Positions 27,732 to 37,676 of a stretch of 64,000 bases of DNA are shown in pieces. Within the stretch, counting starts at the first letter, position 1. Every line of letters begins with the position of its first letter. The translations under genes and the position numbers were made by a program. Under the pieces are notes generated by a model, which worked only from the letters and a program-made list of their open reading frames with translations, made no database searches and was not told where the DNA came from. The stretch comes from Promethearchaeota archaeon (lineage in GTDB: Archaea > Asgardarchaeota > Lokiarchaeia > Sigyniarchaeales > SOKP01), in contig JBHLLT010000011.1 in NCBI GenBank assembly GCA_048938855.1, forward strand, positions 32,001 to 96,000, read 5' to 3'.

Positions 27732-28853
27732 TTAAGATTCTTTTGGTAGTAGTTTTCTCATCCATTCCGGAAATGCTGTTGTTATTTGCAAATTAGTTTT
27801 TAAAACAATATATGTCTCGCCATTGTAGTTTAATTCTTCAATTACATCAAAACTTTTCAGGAAATCTATATTTTCCATTAAAGAATCTAAAGATTTTTTA
27901 GAAATTTTTTTTGGCAATTTATCTTTTGATATCAAACCGTTTCTTAATTCTGAAAGAATATTATATTTTTTTGGATCCGCCATAACTTGATATAATGTAA
28001 AAGCATCTTCCTTAATTTGCTCCCGGGTTTTCTTTTCATATTCACTAAAATATTCTTGCACTTTTGGGAGGAGTATTTCAATCAATTCTGGTTTATCATC
28101 AATATATTCAATAATACTATCTGGAGGTATTCTTTCAGCATTTACTTCTTTTACAAGAAGTACATACTTTTCAACTAATCCTATTTGATTAATGAAAATA
28201 AATTGTCGTTCATCTAGGATTTCAATAATTTCATTAAACTCTTTTTCTGGAAAATTCTCAACAAACCATTCTCTAAGGCCTTCTAATAAGATAGGACCTT
28301 CAGATAACTTCTCTAATGTCATAAAAATGTGTTTATCATTTAATAAGATAGCAATTTCTTCTTCTTCGGTTTTTTCCCTTGTATCCTCAATAATTAACCA
28401 GTATAGATTATCTACCCAGACTTTAATTAAAGCTTCATTTTTCCGGATACTCTCCTGATCTTCTTCCTCAAAATTATTTATATCATTTATATAAAATGCA
28501 GTATAAATTTCTTCATTTGATTGTAATTGTTCAGAAAATTCTGTACATAAAATTGAGATTTTTTCTTCATCTTCAGTAGGAATTTGCTGGTCAATAATTG
28601 TTGAAACCATCAGCATTTCTTTGTTTCCTCTAGCCCAATCAGAATGGATCTCGAAATAATAATTTAATGATTTAAGATTTTCAAAAGAATGTGTAAAAAA
28701 ACCTTCACTAAATTGCTGATCCATAATATTAGCTATTTTAAGAGATAATTCTTTTTCCAACGTATCCGCTGGGTAAGAATAAAAAACAATTGGACCAATT
28801 TTACGATGAAAGTATGATAAAGTAACGATGGTTTTCAATAAATGGATCTCCAT
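27732..28853 (-). CDS. longin/uDENN-like domain protein with C-terminal winged-helix-like repeats
   Basis: N-terminal LSYFHRKIGP..FYSYP and ARG.KE.LMVS pattern typical of uDENN/longin domains. Confidence 0.55.
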   Translation of the reverse strand: MEIHLLKTIVTLSYFHRKIGPIVFYSYPADTLEKELSLKIANIMDQQFSEGFFTHSFENLKSLNYYFEIHSDWARGNKEMLMVSTIIDQQIPTEDEEKISILCTEFSEQLQSNEEIYTAFYINDINNFEEEDQESIRKNEALIKVWVDNLYWLIIEDTREKTEEEEIAILLNDKHIFMTLEKLSEGPILLEGLREWFVENFPEKEFNEIIEILDERQFIFINQIGLVEKYVLLVKEVNAERIPPDSIIEYIDDKPELIEILLPKVQEYFSEYEKKTREQIKEDAFTLYQVMADPKKYNILSELRNGLISKDKLPKKISKKSLDSLMENIDFLKSFDVIEELNYNGETYIVLKTNLQITTAFPEWMRKLLPKES

Positions 28854-29044
28854 TAAGATTTAATTATTAAAATTGAAGAACAGCTTTTTTTATCTATTAC
28901 CTAGAAAAAATTAATATTGAAGATTATATATTATTAAAGATAAATAAATTTATCTTAACTCAACATCTAATATCATAGAGTAATTAATTTTAGCAAATAG
29001 TATAAAAAATTTTATGGAATTTAAGACAAAATCAAAATCTAAAA

Positions 29045-29800
29045 ATGAGCCCTATAAAATTAATCGGATTTGACTTGGATGATTGTTTATTTGATTCAAC
29101 TGGTTTATCTGAGAAAGCAAGAATTAAAGGTCTCGATGCAATGATTAGATTGGGATTAGATATTGATAAAGAGAATGCTGTTCGGATTTTAAGGGAAATA
29201 GTGAATGAATATGGCTCAAATTCCTCAAAACATTACAATTATTTCATAAGAAGATTAAATCAAATGGAGGATAGTATTAAAAATATTTCCTATAATGATA
29301 GTTATAAATATATAGCAGCAGCAGTCATGGCATATCATACAGAAAAGGTAAATTCTATAAAACTTTATGAGGACGTAGAAGAGAATTTGAATAAATTAAA
29401 AGAACTCTCAATAAAAACAGTCATTATAACTGATGGAATTCCGATAAAGCAATATGAGAAAATTTTAAGACTTAATATTGATAAATTAATTGATTTAGTA
29501 GTTATATCCGATGAAATTGGTATAAAAAAGCCCAACCCAGAATTATTTAATTATTGTTTGAAAAAATTTGGAGTTAATGGCCGAGAGACCATATATGTTG
29601 GAGATCGTATTGATATGGACATAATTCCAGCTAATTTAAACGATATATATAGTGTTTATGTACATCGTGGAGGTAAATATGATAGTTATAAAGCAAATCT
29701 TTCTATTCAAGGAGATTTTCAGCCAGATTATGAGATAACAAATTTAAGCGAATTATTTAATATAATCCAAGAGATTAACGCGAAAGAAAAAAGTTTATAG
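29045..29800 (+). CDS. HAD-superfamily hydrolase (TIGR02253-like)
   Basis: FDLDDCL, ITDG, KKP, YVGDR..D motifs. Confidence 0.9.
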   Translation: MSPIKLIGFDLDDCLFDSTGLSEKARIKGLDAMIRLGLDIDKENAVRILREIVNEYGSNSSKHYNYFIRRLNQMEDSIKNISYNDSYKYIAAAVMAYHTEKVNSIKLYEDVEENLNKLKELSIKTVIITDGIPIKQYEKILRLNIDKLIDLVVISDEIGIKKPNPELFNYCLKKFGVNGRETIYVGDRIDMDIIPANLNDIYSVYVHRGGKYDSYKANLSIQGDFQPDYEITNLSELFNIIQEINAKEKSL

Positions 29801-29808
29801 TATTTAAA

Positions 29809-30627
29809 ATGAGAGTCGCATGTATTCAACCCGAATTATTTGAAAATAGAGAGAAATGCTATAAAGAAATAGAAAATATTTTAAAAAAATTGTTAGAAAC
29901 ACATAAAAATTGTGAAATAATATGCCTTCCAGAAAGATGGGTGCCTTATTTTAGAGACTTAAATCAAAATTTTCAAGAACAAAGGGGAAATGACTATACC
30001 TTTATTAAAAATTTGGCTAAAGATTATAATCTCAAAGTGATATCAGGTGCAATTTGGGAGAAACGGACCAATTCAAAAAAACCTGCAATAACATGTTATT
30101 TTTTTGATGAAAATGGTGAAGAAATTGGAAGACAAGATAAAATTCACTTATATTCTTATGAACGTGAACATTTTGAACCTGGTAAGGAATTACAGATATT
30201 TAAATTACGAAATTCATATTGCTTCACAATCCTTATTTGTTTTGATATGGCATTTTTTGAAACTCCTAGATTGGCTGTAGAAAATGGTACTGACCTTTTA
30301 TTTTCACCTACTCAAATCAGGGAAGATGGGATGTTAAACTGGCACGTATATCTACAAGCGCGTGCTTTAGAGAATCGAGTACCCATTGTGGCTTGTAATA
30401 CCTTTGGTTCTTATTTGAAAAGAAATTTTGTAGGTAATAGTAAAATAATTTCTTTTTATAAAGGAAATATATCTCCATCTAAACTAAAAATTACTGAAGC
30501 CCCTAAAGGTAAAAGTGGTTTTGCCTTTGATGATTTAGATTTAACCTTCCCTAGAAAATTGAGAGAAATTCGTTTTAAAGAAAGAATCGATAAAACCAAA
30601 ATCAAAATTAATATAATTAGTACATAA
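29809..30627 (+). CDS. carbon-nitrogen hydrolase (nitrilase family)
   Basis: E-K-C triad (LPE, DKIHL, ICFD) and ARALEN. Confidence 0.92.
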   Translation: MRVACIQPELFENREKCYKEIENILKKLLETHKNCEIICLPERWVPYFRDLNQNFQEQRGNDYTFIKNLAKDYNLKVISGAIWEKRTNSKKPAITCYFFDENGEEIGRQDKIHLYSYEREHFEPGKELQIFKLRNSYCFTILICFDMAFFETPRLAVENGTDLLFSPTQIREDGMLNWHVYLQARALENRVPIVACNTFGSYLKRNFVGNSKIISFYKGNISPSKLKITEAPKGKSGFAFDDLDLTFPRKLREIRFKERIDKTKIKINIIST

Positions 30628-30655
30628 GTAAAATCATTAAGATCCTTAAAATGAT

Positions 30656-31612
30656 ATGAGTGAATCAAAATATTTTAAAAAAATACTATTCTGTGGTTTG
30701 GAGAGTGGTGGAAAGACATCAATTTTATTGTTATTAGATAAAAAATTTAGTTTATTAGCCTCAGTTAAACCAACTATAAAAGCTAAAAGAACCTTTCATA
30801 CGAATTCATTATTAGGCACCACTATTGTTCGTTGGGATTTAGGTGGCCAAAAAGGTTATAGGAAAGTATATTTGGGTGATAAAAGTAAGTACTTTACTGA
30901 AATGCAATCAATATTTTATGTTATAGATATCCAAGCACCAAAAAAATTTGAGGAAGCTCTAACTTTCCTTAAGGATATTATAAATATCACTTCAGAATCG
31001 CGTCCTGAGAACTTTCAACTCTTAATTCTCCTCCATAAGTGCGATCCAGATATTAAAAATAAGAAAAATATCATTATTAACATCAAATTCTTAGAAAATG
31101 AAATTAAATCTATTTTAAAAGAAGTGAAATATTCTATTTTAAAAACTTCTATTTATGATGAACCAAGTTTATTAAAGGCTTTTTCTGATGGTGTTTTTTA
31201 TGCTACTCATCGATCAAAGATGTTTCAAACCTTATTAAAAGATTATATGGGCAAAACTTACAATAGCTCTACACTTTTATTAGATCAGAATTGTTTTATA
31301 ATCGCTAGTAGAAGTACTTATCAAGCTTATCAAGAAATTTGCGAAGCGATAGCCCCGAGATTAACTCAAGCTTTGGAAAAATTAGAAGAATGGGATATTA
31401 ACACAATTGACATTGTAACAAATATTGAATTTCCTGAAAAACAGTCAGAGTCTCAAAAAGAAGGGATTATTTTCTTAAGAAAACTAGATATTGAAGATAC
31501 TAGACTATATCTAGTTGCACTGTGTTTGAATAAGAATGTGAAGATCAAATCCTATGAATATTTACCGTTATTGGCAGAAAATTTAAAGAATTTATTAGAG
31601 GCATTTGATTAA
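30656..31612 (+). CDS. Rag/Arf-like small GTPase with C-terminal roadblock/longin-like domain
   Basis: G1 GLESGGKTS, G2 PT, G3 WDLGGQ, G4 HKCD, G5 TSIY; ~130-aa C-terminal alpha/beta domain. Confidence 0.85.
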   Translation: MSESKYFKKILFCGLESGGKTSILLLLDKKFSLLASVKPTIKAKRTFHTNSLLGTTIVRWDLGGQKGYRKVYLGDKSKYFTEMQSIFYVIDIQAPKKFEEALTFLKDIINITSESRPENFQLLILLHKCDPDIKNKKNIIINIKFLENEIKSILKEVKYSILKTSIYDEPSLLKAFSDGVFYATHRSKMFQTLLKDYMGKTYNSSTLLLDQNCFIIASRSTYQAYQEICEAIAPRLTQALEKLEEWDINTIDIVTNIEFPEKQSESQKEGIIFLRKLDIEDTRLYLVALCLNKNVKIKSYEYLPLLAENLKNLLEAFD

Positions 31613-31827
31613 AAATATATTTTAATCTAACGTCCATTTCTAATAATCTACTTTTTGATTTAAAATAAACCTTATCATTCAATTCATCGAAAGTTGTTAA
31701 AATTCTTTTTTTAATGAATTTTGGATAATAACTTTTACAATAAAAAATTTTAATTTTACTTCCAATCTCCTCTCTGGGGGTGGAGTTTAAATATATCTAT
31801 CCAAAATCAATTTAAAAAAAGGTAAAA

Positions 31828-33024
31828 ATGATGATTATAAAATCTAATGTAAATAAAAATTATATAGGTCCTAGAGCCCTATTTGACCCAAATTACATTC
31901 CCCCAAATTTATTATACAGAAAAAAAGAGGAGACTTCTCTATTTTCAATTTTGAAAGATTCAATATCTGATGAGTTTTGTCTTAACATCATTTATCATGG
32001 AATGAATGGAATTGGAAAAAAAGTAATAGTAAATAAAGTAGTGAACGATCTTTCAGTAAAAAATAAAGAAAATTTAAAAATTAATAAAATCAGCGTAGAT
32101 TGTAAGGAAAAAGAAATTGGAGAATTAATTTTTTCATTACTAAATGAATTAAATAGCTTTTCTAATTTCAATTTTGATTATCAAAGCATCTTAAATTCAA
32201 ATCTTTCTCACTTATGGAATACATTTAAATTTGTATGTAATAAAACAGATTCCCACTTGTTCTTTATTTTTAATAATATTGAATATTTGGAACCTGAAAT
32301 ATTTCAAAAATTCATGCAATTTAGTAAAGAAACAAATGTCACCTTAATCTCAACTGTAAATAAGTTTTTAAAACCAGGTACAATGGATTTACTATCTGAT
32401 TTTGATTTTAAGCACAAATTAGAATTTTTTACTTATAATGAGCTGTATTCTATTCTTAATCAAAGAGTTCTATTAAGTTTTTCACATGAAATTGATAAGA
32501 ATTTAATAAGATATATAACTGATTTAATTTGTGAAGAATATATCCCTGTTCCAGGAAAAGGAATTGAAATTCTTCGAGATATATACCCAATCTTGAAAAA
32601 TGATAAGGGCTCCTGCAATTTTGACCTTCTAGAAATTTGCCAGAATGAGTTTGATATATTTCAAATTTCTGACGAATTTAACATGATAAATTATCTTTCA
32701 GAAGAAGATATATTAACTATTCTATTTTTAGATAATCTCTCAAACTTATTTCTAAAAAAAATGAAATATTATGTATCGTTTAATGAATTATTGGAGTGTT
32801 ATGAGCTTTCTTGTGAATATTTAGAATATACAAAAAATAATAATGAGTTTTATAGTCTCATTGAAGAAATGTTAAATATAGGAATCATTAGACTCTCAAA
32901 AAGAACTCAGGACAAAATAAATCCTAATAAACTTTTAAATAATTTAGATAACAATTCTTTCTTTACAATAGTACATCCTAAAGAAATAAAAGTGATAATT
33001 GATACTATTTTTAACCAGCTATAA
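31828..33024 (+). CDS. divergent Cdc6/Orc1-family protein (degenerate ATPase motifs)
   Basis: FDPNYIP.NL..R N-terminus, SVDC, F.Y.EL.SIL..R and C-terminal wHTH; Walker A GMNGIGKK, Walker B IFNNIE. Confidence 0.75.
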   Translation: MMIIKSNVNKNYIGPRALFDPNYIPPNLLYRKKEETSLFSILKDSISDEFCLNIIYHGMNGIGKKVIVNKVVNDLSVKNKENLKINKISVDCKEKEIGELIFSLLNELNSFSNFNFDYQSILNSNLSHLWNTFKFVCNKTDSHLFFIFNNIEYLEPEIFQKFMQFSKETNVTLISTVNKFLKPGTMDLLSDFDFKHKLEFFTYNELYSILNQRVLLSFSHEIDKNLIRYITDLICEEYIPVPGKGIEILRDIYPILKNDKGSCNFDLLEICQNEFDIFQISDEFNMINYLSEEDILTILFLDNLSNLFLKKMKYYVSFNELLECYELSCEYLEYTKNNNEFYSLIEEMLNIGIIRLSKRTQDKINPNKLLNNLDNNSFFTIVHPKEIKVIIDTIFNQL

Positions 33025-33198
33025 ATAGATAGATTTATCGTAAAATCTGAATATTTTTAGTTTGCACAGAAGTAGTTAATTGAATATGCTTTTTATTACC
33101 AGAAAGCGAAAATCAGTTTTTTTATAATGTATATTATATATTTATAGGAGTAATCACACTATTTTTTTAATAATGAAGAGTAGAAATGGAGATAAATT

Positions 33199-36100
33199 TT
33201 GACTTATATTAAGAAAATTTCCATGAGTGGTTTTAAAAGCTTTGGTGATAGAACTGTAACCATTCGTCTTTCTAGTGGATTTACATGTATTGTAGGACCA
33301 AATGGAGCAGGAAAGTCCAATATTATTGATGCTCTTTGTTTTGCGTTAGGAAGGTTAAGCAAAAAAACCATGAGAGCAAAAAGTCTTGAAGATCTCATTT
33401 TCGCTGGAGCAAGAGGAAAAAACCCTTCACAAAGAGCATCTGTAACCCTTTATTTCGACAATTCAGAAAATGTATTTCCAGGTGGAACTAATGATTTCGA
33501 AATTACACGGACTATAAAGATTGGAGGAGGGGGAGGTTATAAAATGAATGGAAAAAAAGCTACAAGACAACAAATCCTTAATGCTCTAGCAGCAGCTAAT
33601 GTTGATCCTGATGGAAGTAATCAATTTGTTCTTCAAGGAAAAATTGTAGAATTAACACATATGAATGCAGAAGAACGTAGAAAATTTATAGAAGAACTTA
33701 TTGGTCTTCAAAAATATGATGAAATGAAAGATTCTACACTAAAAGAATTGGAAAAAGCAGAAAGAGATTTAGGACAATTTGAAGCTATTTTTAAGGAAGT
33801 TTCAGCTCAATTGAAAAAAGTTGAAAAAGAAAAAAATGACGCGCTAGCATGGAAAGAATTAGATGAAAAAATTAACTTCTTAAATTCTCAGTTAATAGCG
33901 TTAAAAATTTCAAAACTTCGACAAGAAGAAGAAGAACTAGAAAATAAGATCGAAATTTCCTTGAAAATTATTGAAGAATTGCAAGAAAAAATCAATAGGC
34001 AGGAAGATGTCTTAAAACAAGAATCTCTTGTAATGGATAATATACAAAAAACAATTATAGAGAAAGAAAAAGAAAGAGAGGAGATCGCTGAAAATATAAC
34101 TCAAGTAAAAACCCAAATTTCATCAAGCCAGACTACCCTCAATTTAGCTCAAAAATCTATTGAGAAATTATTTAATGAAATTGCAAGTTTAGAGAGTAAA
34201 CAAATGAAACTTGAAGAAGGGCAGACTTTTGACTCATTAATAGAAGATATCTCTAACGAGATATTAGATTATGAGACCCAAATCGAAGACACTAAAGCTG
34301 AAATTGAAAAAAGACAACAAACCCAGGCTGAATTAGATCTTCAAATAAAAACTACAGAAGATGAGAATTCTCTTTATAAAGCAGAAATTTCCAAGATACA
34401 GCAAAGTATTTCATCTAATAATGCTCAAATTAAAATGCTCAGAGGAACTATTAAAAAGAATGAAGAAAAGAAGCAAAAATTGGAAACTGAGCTAGAAAAA
34501 CTGAAAAAGGATGCCGAAAGCATAGATGAAGCTATAGAAGAGACAAAAAAGGCAGAATCAGAAATTAGAAAACGAATAGATGAATTAAATGCTAAAATCT
34601 CAAAAGAAAATCAAAGTCAAAAAGAATTAGAAAGCAATATTAATAATCTTCAAGCAGAAAAAAATCAAATAAATTCAAAATTAATAGAATTCCAAGCAAC
34701 ATTATCATCCTTAAACACAGAAATCACAATGAATAAACAAAGTATACTGGAATTAAATCAAAAAAAAGATGCTATCAAGAAGAAGATAACTGAATTAAGT
34801 AAAGGTAGAGACGCTGAAAACGCTGTAAAAGAATTATTGAAAGAAAACGACATACTTAATAAAGAATTAAACCAATTAAAATTGAATTTGAAAGAACAAA
34901 ATTCAATATATAGGAAAAATGAACAAGATCTTGAATTATTGAATATGAAGAAATATTCATTCGAGTCTGAAATCAATGATAACAAAGCAAAAATAGACAC
35001 TCTTAATACAGAACTAAAGATACTTTCAAAAGAAAAAACTAATTTAGATAGAGAAAATAATGATTTAGAATTAAAGGTAAATTCTTTAGAGAAAAATCTT
35101 ACTACTACTAGAAAAGAATCTGAAAAGTTTAATATCAAAAAAGAAAACATTCAGAGACGACTAGAGGAGCTTTCACAAGAAAGAGAAAATCTTTCTTTAA
35201 AAATTGAATCCTCCGAAGAGGAATATGAGAAAAATACAAAAGATATAACGGGAATACTTCAGATTTTAAATATGCTTACTCAAAATATTAATATTTCAGT
35301 CGAGTCAATAAAAGCAAATATCCAACAATCAAATGCAGATGCAATTGAATCATCTGCAGAAGATTTTAAAAAATTTATTCTGGACATACTTGATATTATG
35401 AAAACTGTAGAAAATATTGGTACAGATGAAGAAAAACATGCTGAAATGACTGAAATGATTAACTCTATAATGCAAACTTTAGAATTATTTACTGATAATG
35501 CTGATACTACAATTGATCAATTAATTGAAAAAGTAAAAGAATCTGCAGATGTTGAAATCCAATCTTCGACAAATACCTTTGATAATTTTGTTCAAGATTT
35601 AATGGAAATTCTTGAAAATGTGTATCTTTCTTTAAGAAAATTAACATTGTCAAAGAGTCAAGAATTATATAAACAACTGGAAGAGATCTCAGCTAGTATT
35701 AAATCCCAAACTGGTGATTACAATAAAAATGAACAACTGTTAACTGAAACTAGAATCCAAGAAAAACATTTTTCAGAAAATCTTTCTTCGTATAATAAAA
35801 GGCTTGAAGAAATTGGAAAAAGAAATTCTGAATTAAACCAAAGAATCAAAAATTCAGAAATTGAAATAAAAGAAAGAAGTGAAAATATAGATAAAAGGCA
35901 GATAGAATTCAATAACATAGATTCTGAAATCAGTAAGTTGAAAGAACTTAAAGATACATACTGGGAAAACATATCTAAAATCCAAGATGAGATTGACGGA
36001 AAACAAAGTGATTTAGAAATCTTAAGAGAAAAGCTTCAGGAATTACACGGAATTCAAAATTTATTTGATAATATTGTAGAAATTGATGATAGTATAGAAA

Positions 36101-37650
36101 AATTAAATAATCTCATTGAAGAAAAGAAAAACATAATAATTAATACAGAAGAAAGCATTAAAAATAATCAAGAAGAACAAGATTCCTTACAGAACAAGAT
36201 AAATGAGTTAGTTATTCGAAAAGAAAAATTTTGGGAAGTAACTGAAAATTTAAGAAAAGAGATAGATGCTGAAAATAAAACCCTTGAAGATACTTTAGAC
36301 CGTTTAAGAGCACTTCAAAATGTAATGAGGATTATTAACTCTATTGAAGATATTAAAAAAGAGAATATTGATGCTAATGATAGAATAAAAGTATGTCAAG
36401 ATGATATTCAAGGATTAAACACCCAAGTTGAAGAAATCCAAATAAAAGTAGATCAAAAGCAACAAGTTATAAATGAATTAAGAGATAATAAGTCTCAAGA
36501 GCTAGAATCTCAAAAAACAGCTCAGAAAAAATTAAATAAGTTGAATAAAGATTTACAAAAATCTCAAGGTAAACTCAATGAGCTAAATAAAAATAAGGAA
36601 AGAGAACAGAAGATAATAGGGCTTAATCAAGATATAGATGATACGAAAAAACAAGTTGAATCCATAACAAAAGATTTAACAATCCTGAAAGAGGATTTAG
36701 ATAATCAGAATCTGAAGAAGGATGAAAAACAAAAAGAGATTGATAAATTTATACAAGAAAAGGATGAATCATGGAAAAAACAAAAACAGTATCAAAGAAT
36801 TATAACAGATTTAAAATCTGATTTATCAATGGAAAATTCTAAAATAAATAATTATGAATCCAAAAAATTAATGTGTACTGACCAAATAGAAACCTTATTT
36901 CAACGATCTAAAGAATATGGCTCATTACCTCCAGTGACAGATGATCTTGCTGAAGCGGAATTACAATCTGATATTGTAGAACTATCACAAAAGAAAAAAA
37001 CTCTTGAACCGGTAAATTTAAAGGCAATTCAACAATATGACACCGTCAAAGAAAGATTTGATGAGATAGATATGAGAAGGCAAACAATTCAAAGAGAAAG
37101 AAAATCGATCCTAGACGCAATTGATAAAATTGAGTTAGAAAAGACTCGAACTTTTATGAAAGCTTATCATGAAATTAATCGGGAATTTTCAAGAATATTT
37201 CAGAAATTATCTCCAGGTGGTTCAGCTAAAATGATCTTAGATAGACCTGATAAACCGTTTGAAGGAGGTATTTCTATTGAAGCAAGACCAAGAGGTAAGA
37301 AAATTAGTTCTCTAGAAATTTTAAGTGGGGGAGAAAAAACTTTAGTTGCGTTATCTTTCATATTTGCGGTTCAAGAATTTTATCCTGCTCCTTTTTACGT
37401 AATGGATGAGATTGATGCAGCTTTGGATGGTCCAAATGTTCACCGTGTTTCAATGGTCATAAAAGAGTTTGCTTCTCAAGCCCAATTTATGGTTATATCT
37501 CATAGAGAAGAAAATATTGTAAACGCAGATAGAATTTACGGTGTTTCAATGCAACAAAGTGGAATAACTGATATTTTTAGTGTTGATTTAGAAGAGGAAG
37601 CGAAGCGCCTTCTTGAACTAGAAGATGTCGAGCCAACGATTACAGAATAA
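33199..37650 (+). CDS. smc: chromosome segregation protein SMC (atypical hinge)
   Basis: GFKSF, GPNGAGKSN, Q-loop QG, PVNLKAI, LSGGEK, MDEIDAALD, ISH; followed by scpA and scpB. Confidence 0.92.
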   Translation: MTYIKKISMSGFKSFGDRTVTIRLSSGFTCIVGPNGAGKSNIIDALCFALGRLSKKTMRAKSLEDLIFAGARGKNPSQRASVTLYFDNSENVFPGGTNDFEITRTIKIGGGGGYKMNGKKATRQQILNALAAANVDPDGSNQFVLQGKIVELTHMNAEERRKFIEELIGLQKYDEMKDSTLKELEKAERDLGQFEAIFKEVSAQLKKVEKEKNDALAWKELDEKINFLNSQLIALKISKLRQEEEELENKIEISLKIIEELQEKINRQEDVLKQESLVMDNIQKTIIEKEKEREEIAENITQVKTQISSSQTTLNLAQKSIEKLFNEIASLESKQMKLEEGQTFDSLIEDISNEILDYETQIEDTKAEIEKRQQTQAELDLQIKTTEDENSLYKAEISKIQQSISSNNAQIKMLRGTIKKNEEKKQKLETELEKLKKDAESIDEAIEETKKAESEIRKRIDELNAKISKENQSQKELESNINNLQAEKNQINSKLIEFQATLSSLNTEITMNKQSILELNQKKDAIKKKITELSKGRDAENAVKELLKENDILNKELNQLKLNLKEQNSIYRKNEQDLELLNMKKYSFESEINDNKAKIDTLNTELKILSKEKTNLDRENNDLELKVNSLEKNLTTTRKESEKFNIKKENIQRRLEELSQERENLSLKIESSEEEYEKNTKDITGILQILNMLTQNINISVESIKANIQQSNADAIESSAEDFKKFILDILDIMKTVENIGTDEEKHAEMTEMINSIMQTLELFTDNADTTIDQLIEKVKESADVEIQSSTNTFDNFVQDLMEILENVYLSLRKLTLSKSQELYKQLEEISASIKSQTGDYNKNEQLLTETRIQEKHFSENLSSYNKRLEEIGKRNSELNQRIKNSEIEIKERSENIDKRQIEFNNIDSEISKLKELKDTYWENISKIQDEIDGKQSDLEILREKLQELHGIQNLFDNIVEIDDSIEKLNNLIEEKKNIIINTEESIKNNQEEQDSLQNKINELVIRKEKFWEVTENLRKEIDAENKTLEDTLDRLRALQNVMRIINSIEDIKKENIDANDRIKVCQDDIQGLNTQVEEIQIKVDQKQQVINELRDNKSQELESQKTAQKKLNKLNKDLQKSQGKLNELNKNKEREQKIIGLNQDIDDTKKQVESITKDLTILKEDLDNQNLKKDEKQKEIDKFIQEKDESWKKQKQYQRIITDLKSDLSMENSKINNYESKKLMCTDQIETLFQRSKEYGSLPPVTDDLAEAELQSDIVELSQKKKTLEPVNLKAIQQYDTVKERFDEIDMRRQTIQRERKSILDAIDKIELEKTRTFMKAYHEINREFSRIFQKLSPGGSAKMILDRPDKPFEGGISIEARPRGKKISSLEILSGGEKTLVALSFIFAVQEFYPAPFYVMDEIDAALDGPNVHRVSMVIKEFASQAQFMVISHREENIVNADRIYGVSMQQSGITDIFSVDLEEEAKRLLELEDVEPTITE

Positions 37651-37676
37651 TTAATTTACATATATGGTGATAAACA

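Noticed and set aside
27617-27734. Lys-rich coding-like continuation past the stop of the longin-like gene (possible readthrough or recoding)
   Set aside because: It contains several in-frame TAA stops, and TAA terminates many genes here; a decayed tail or chance is more likely.
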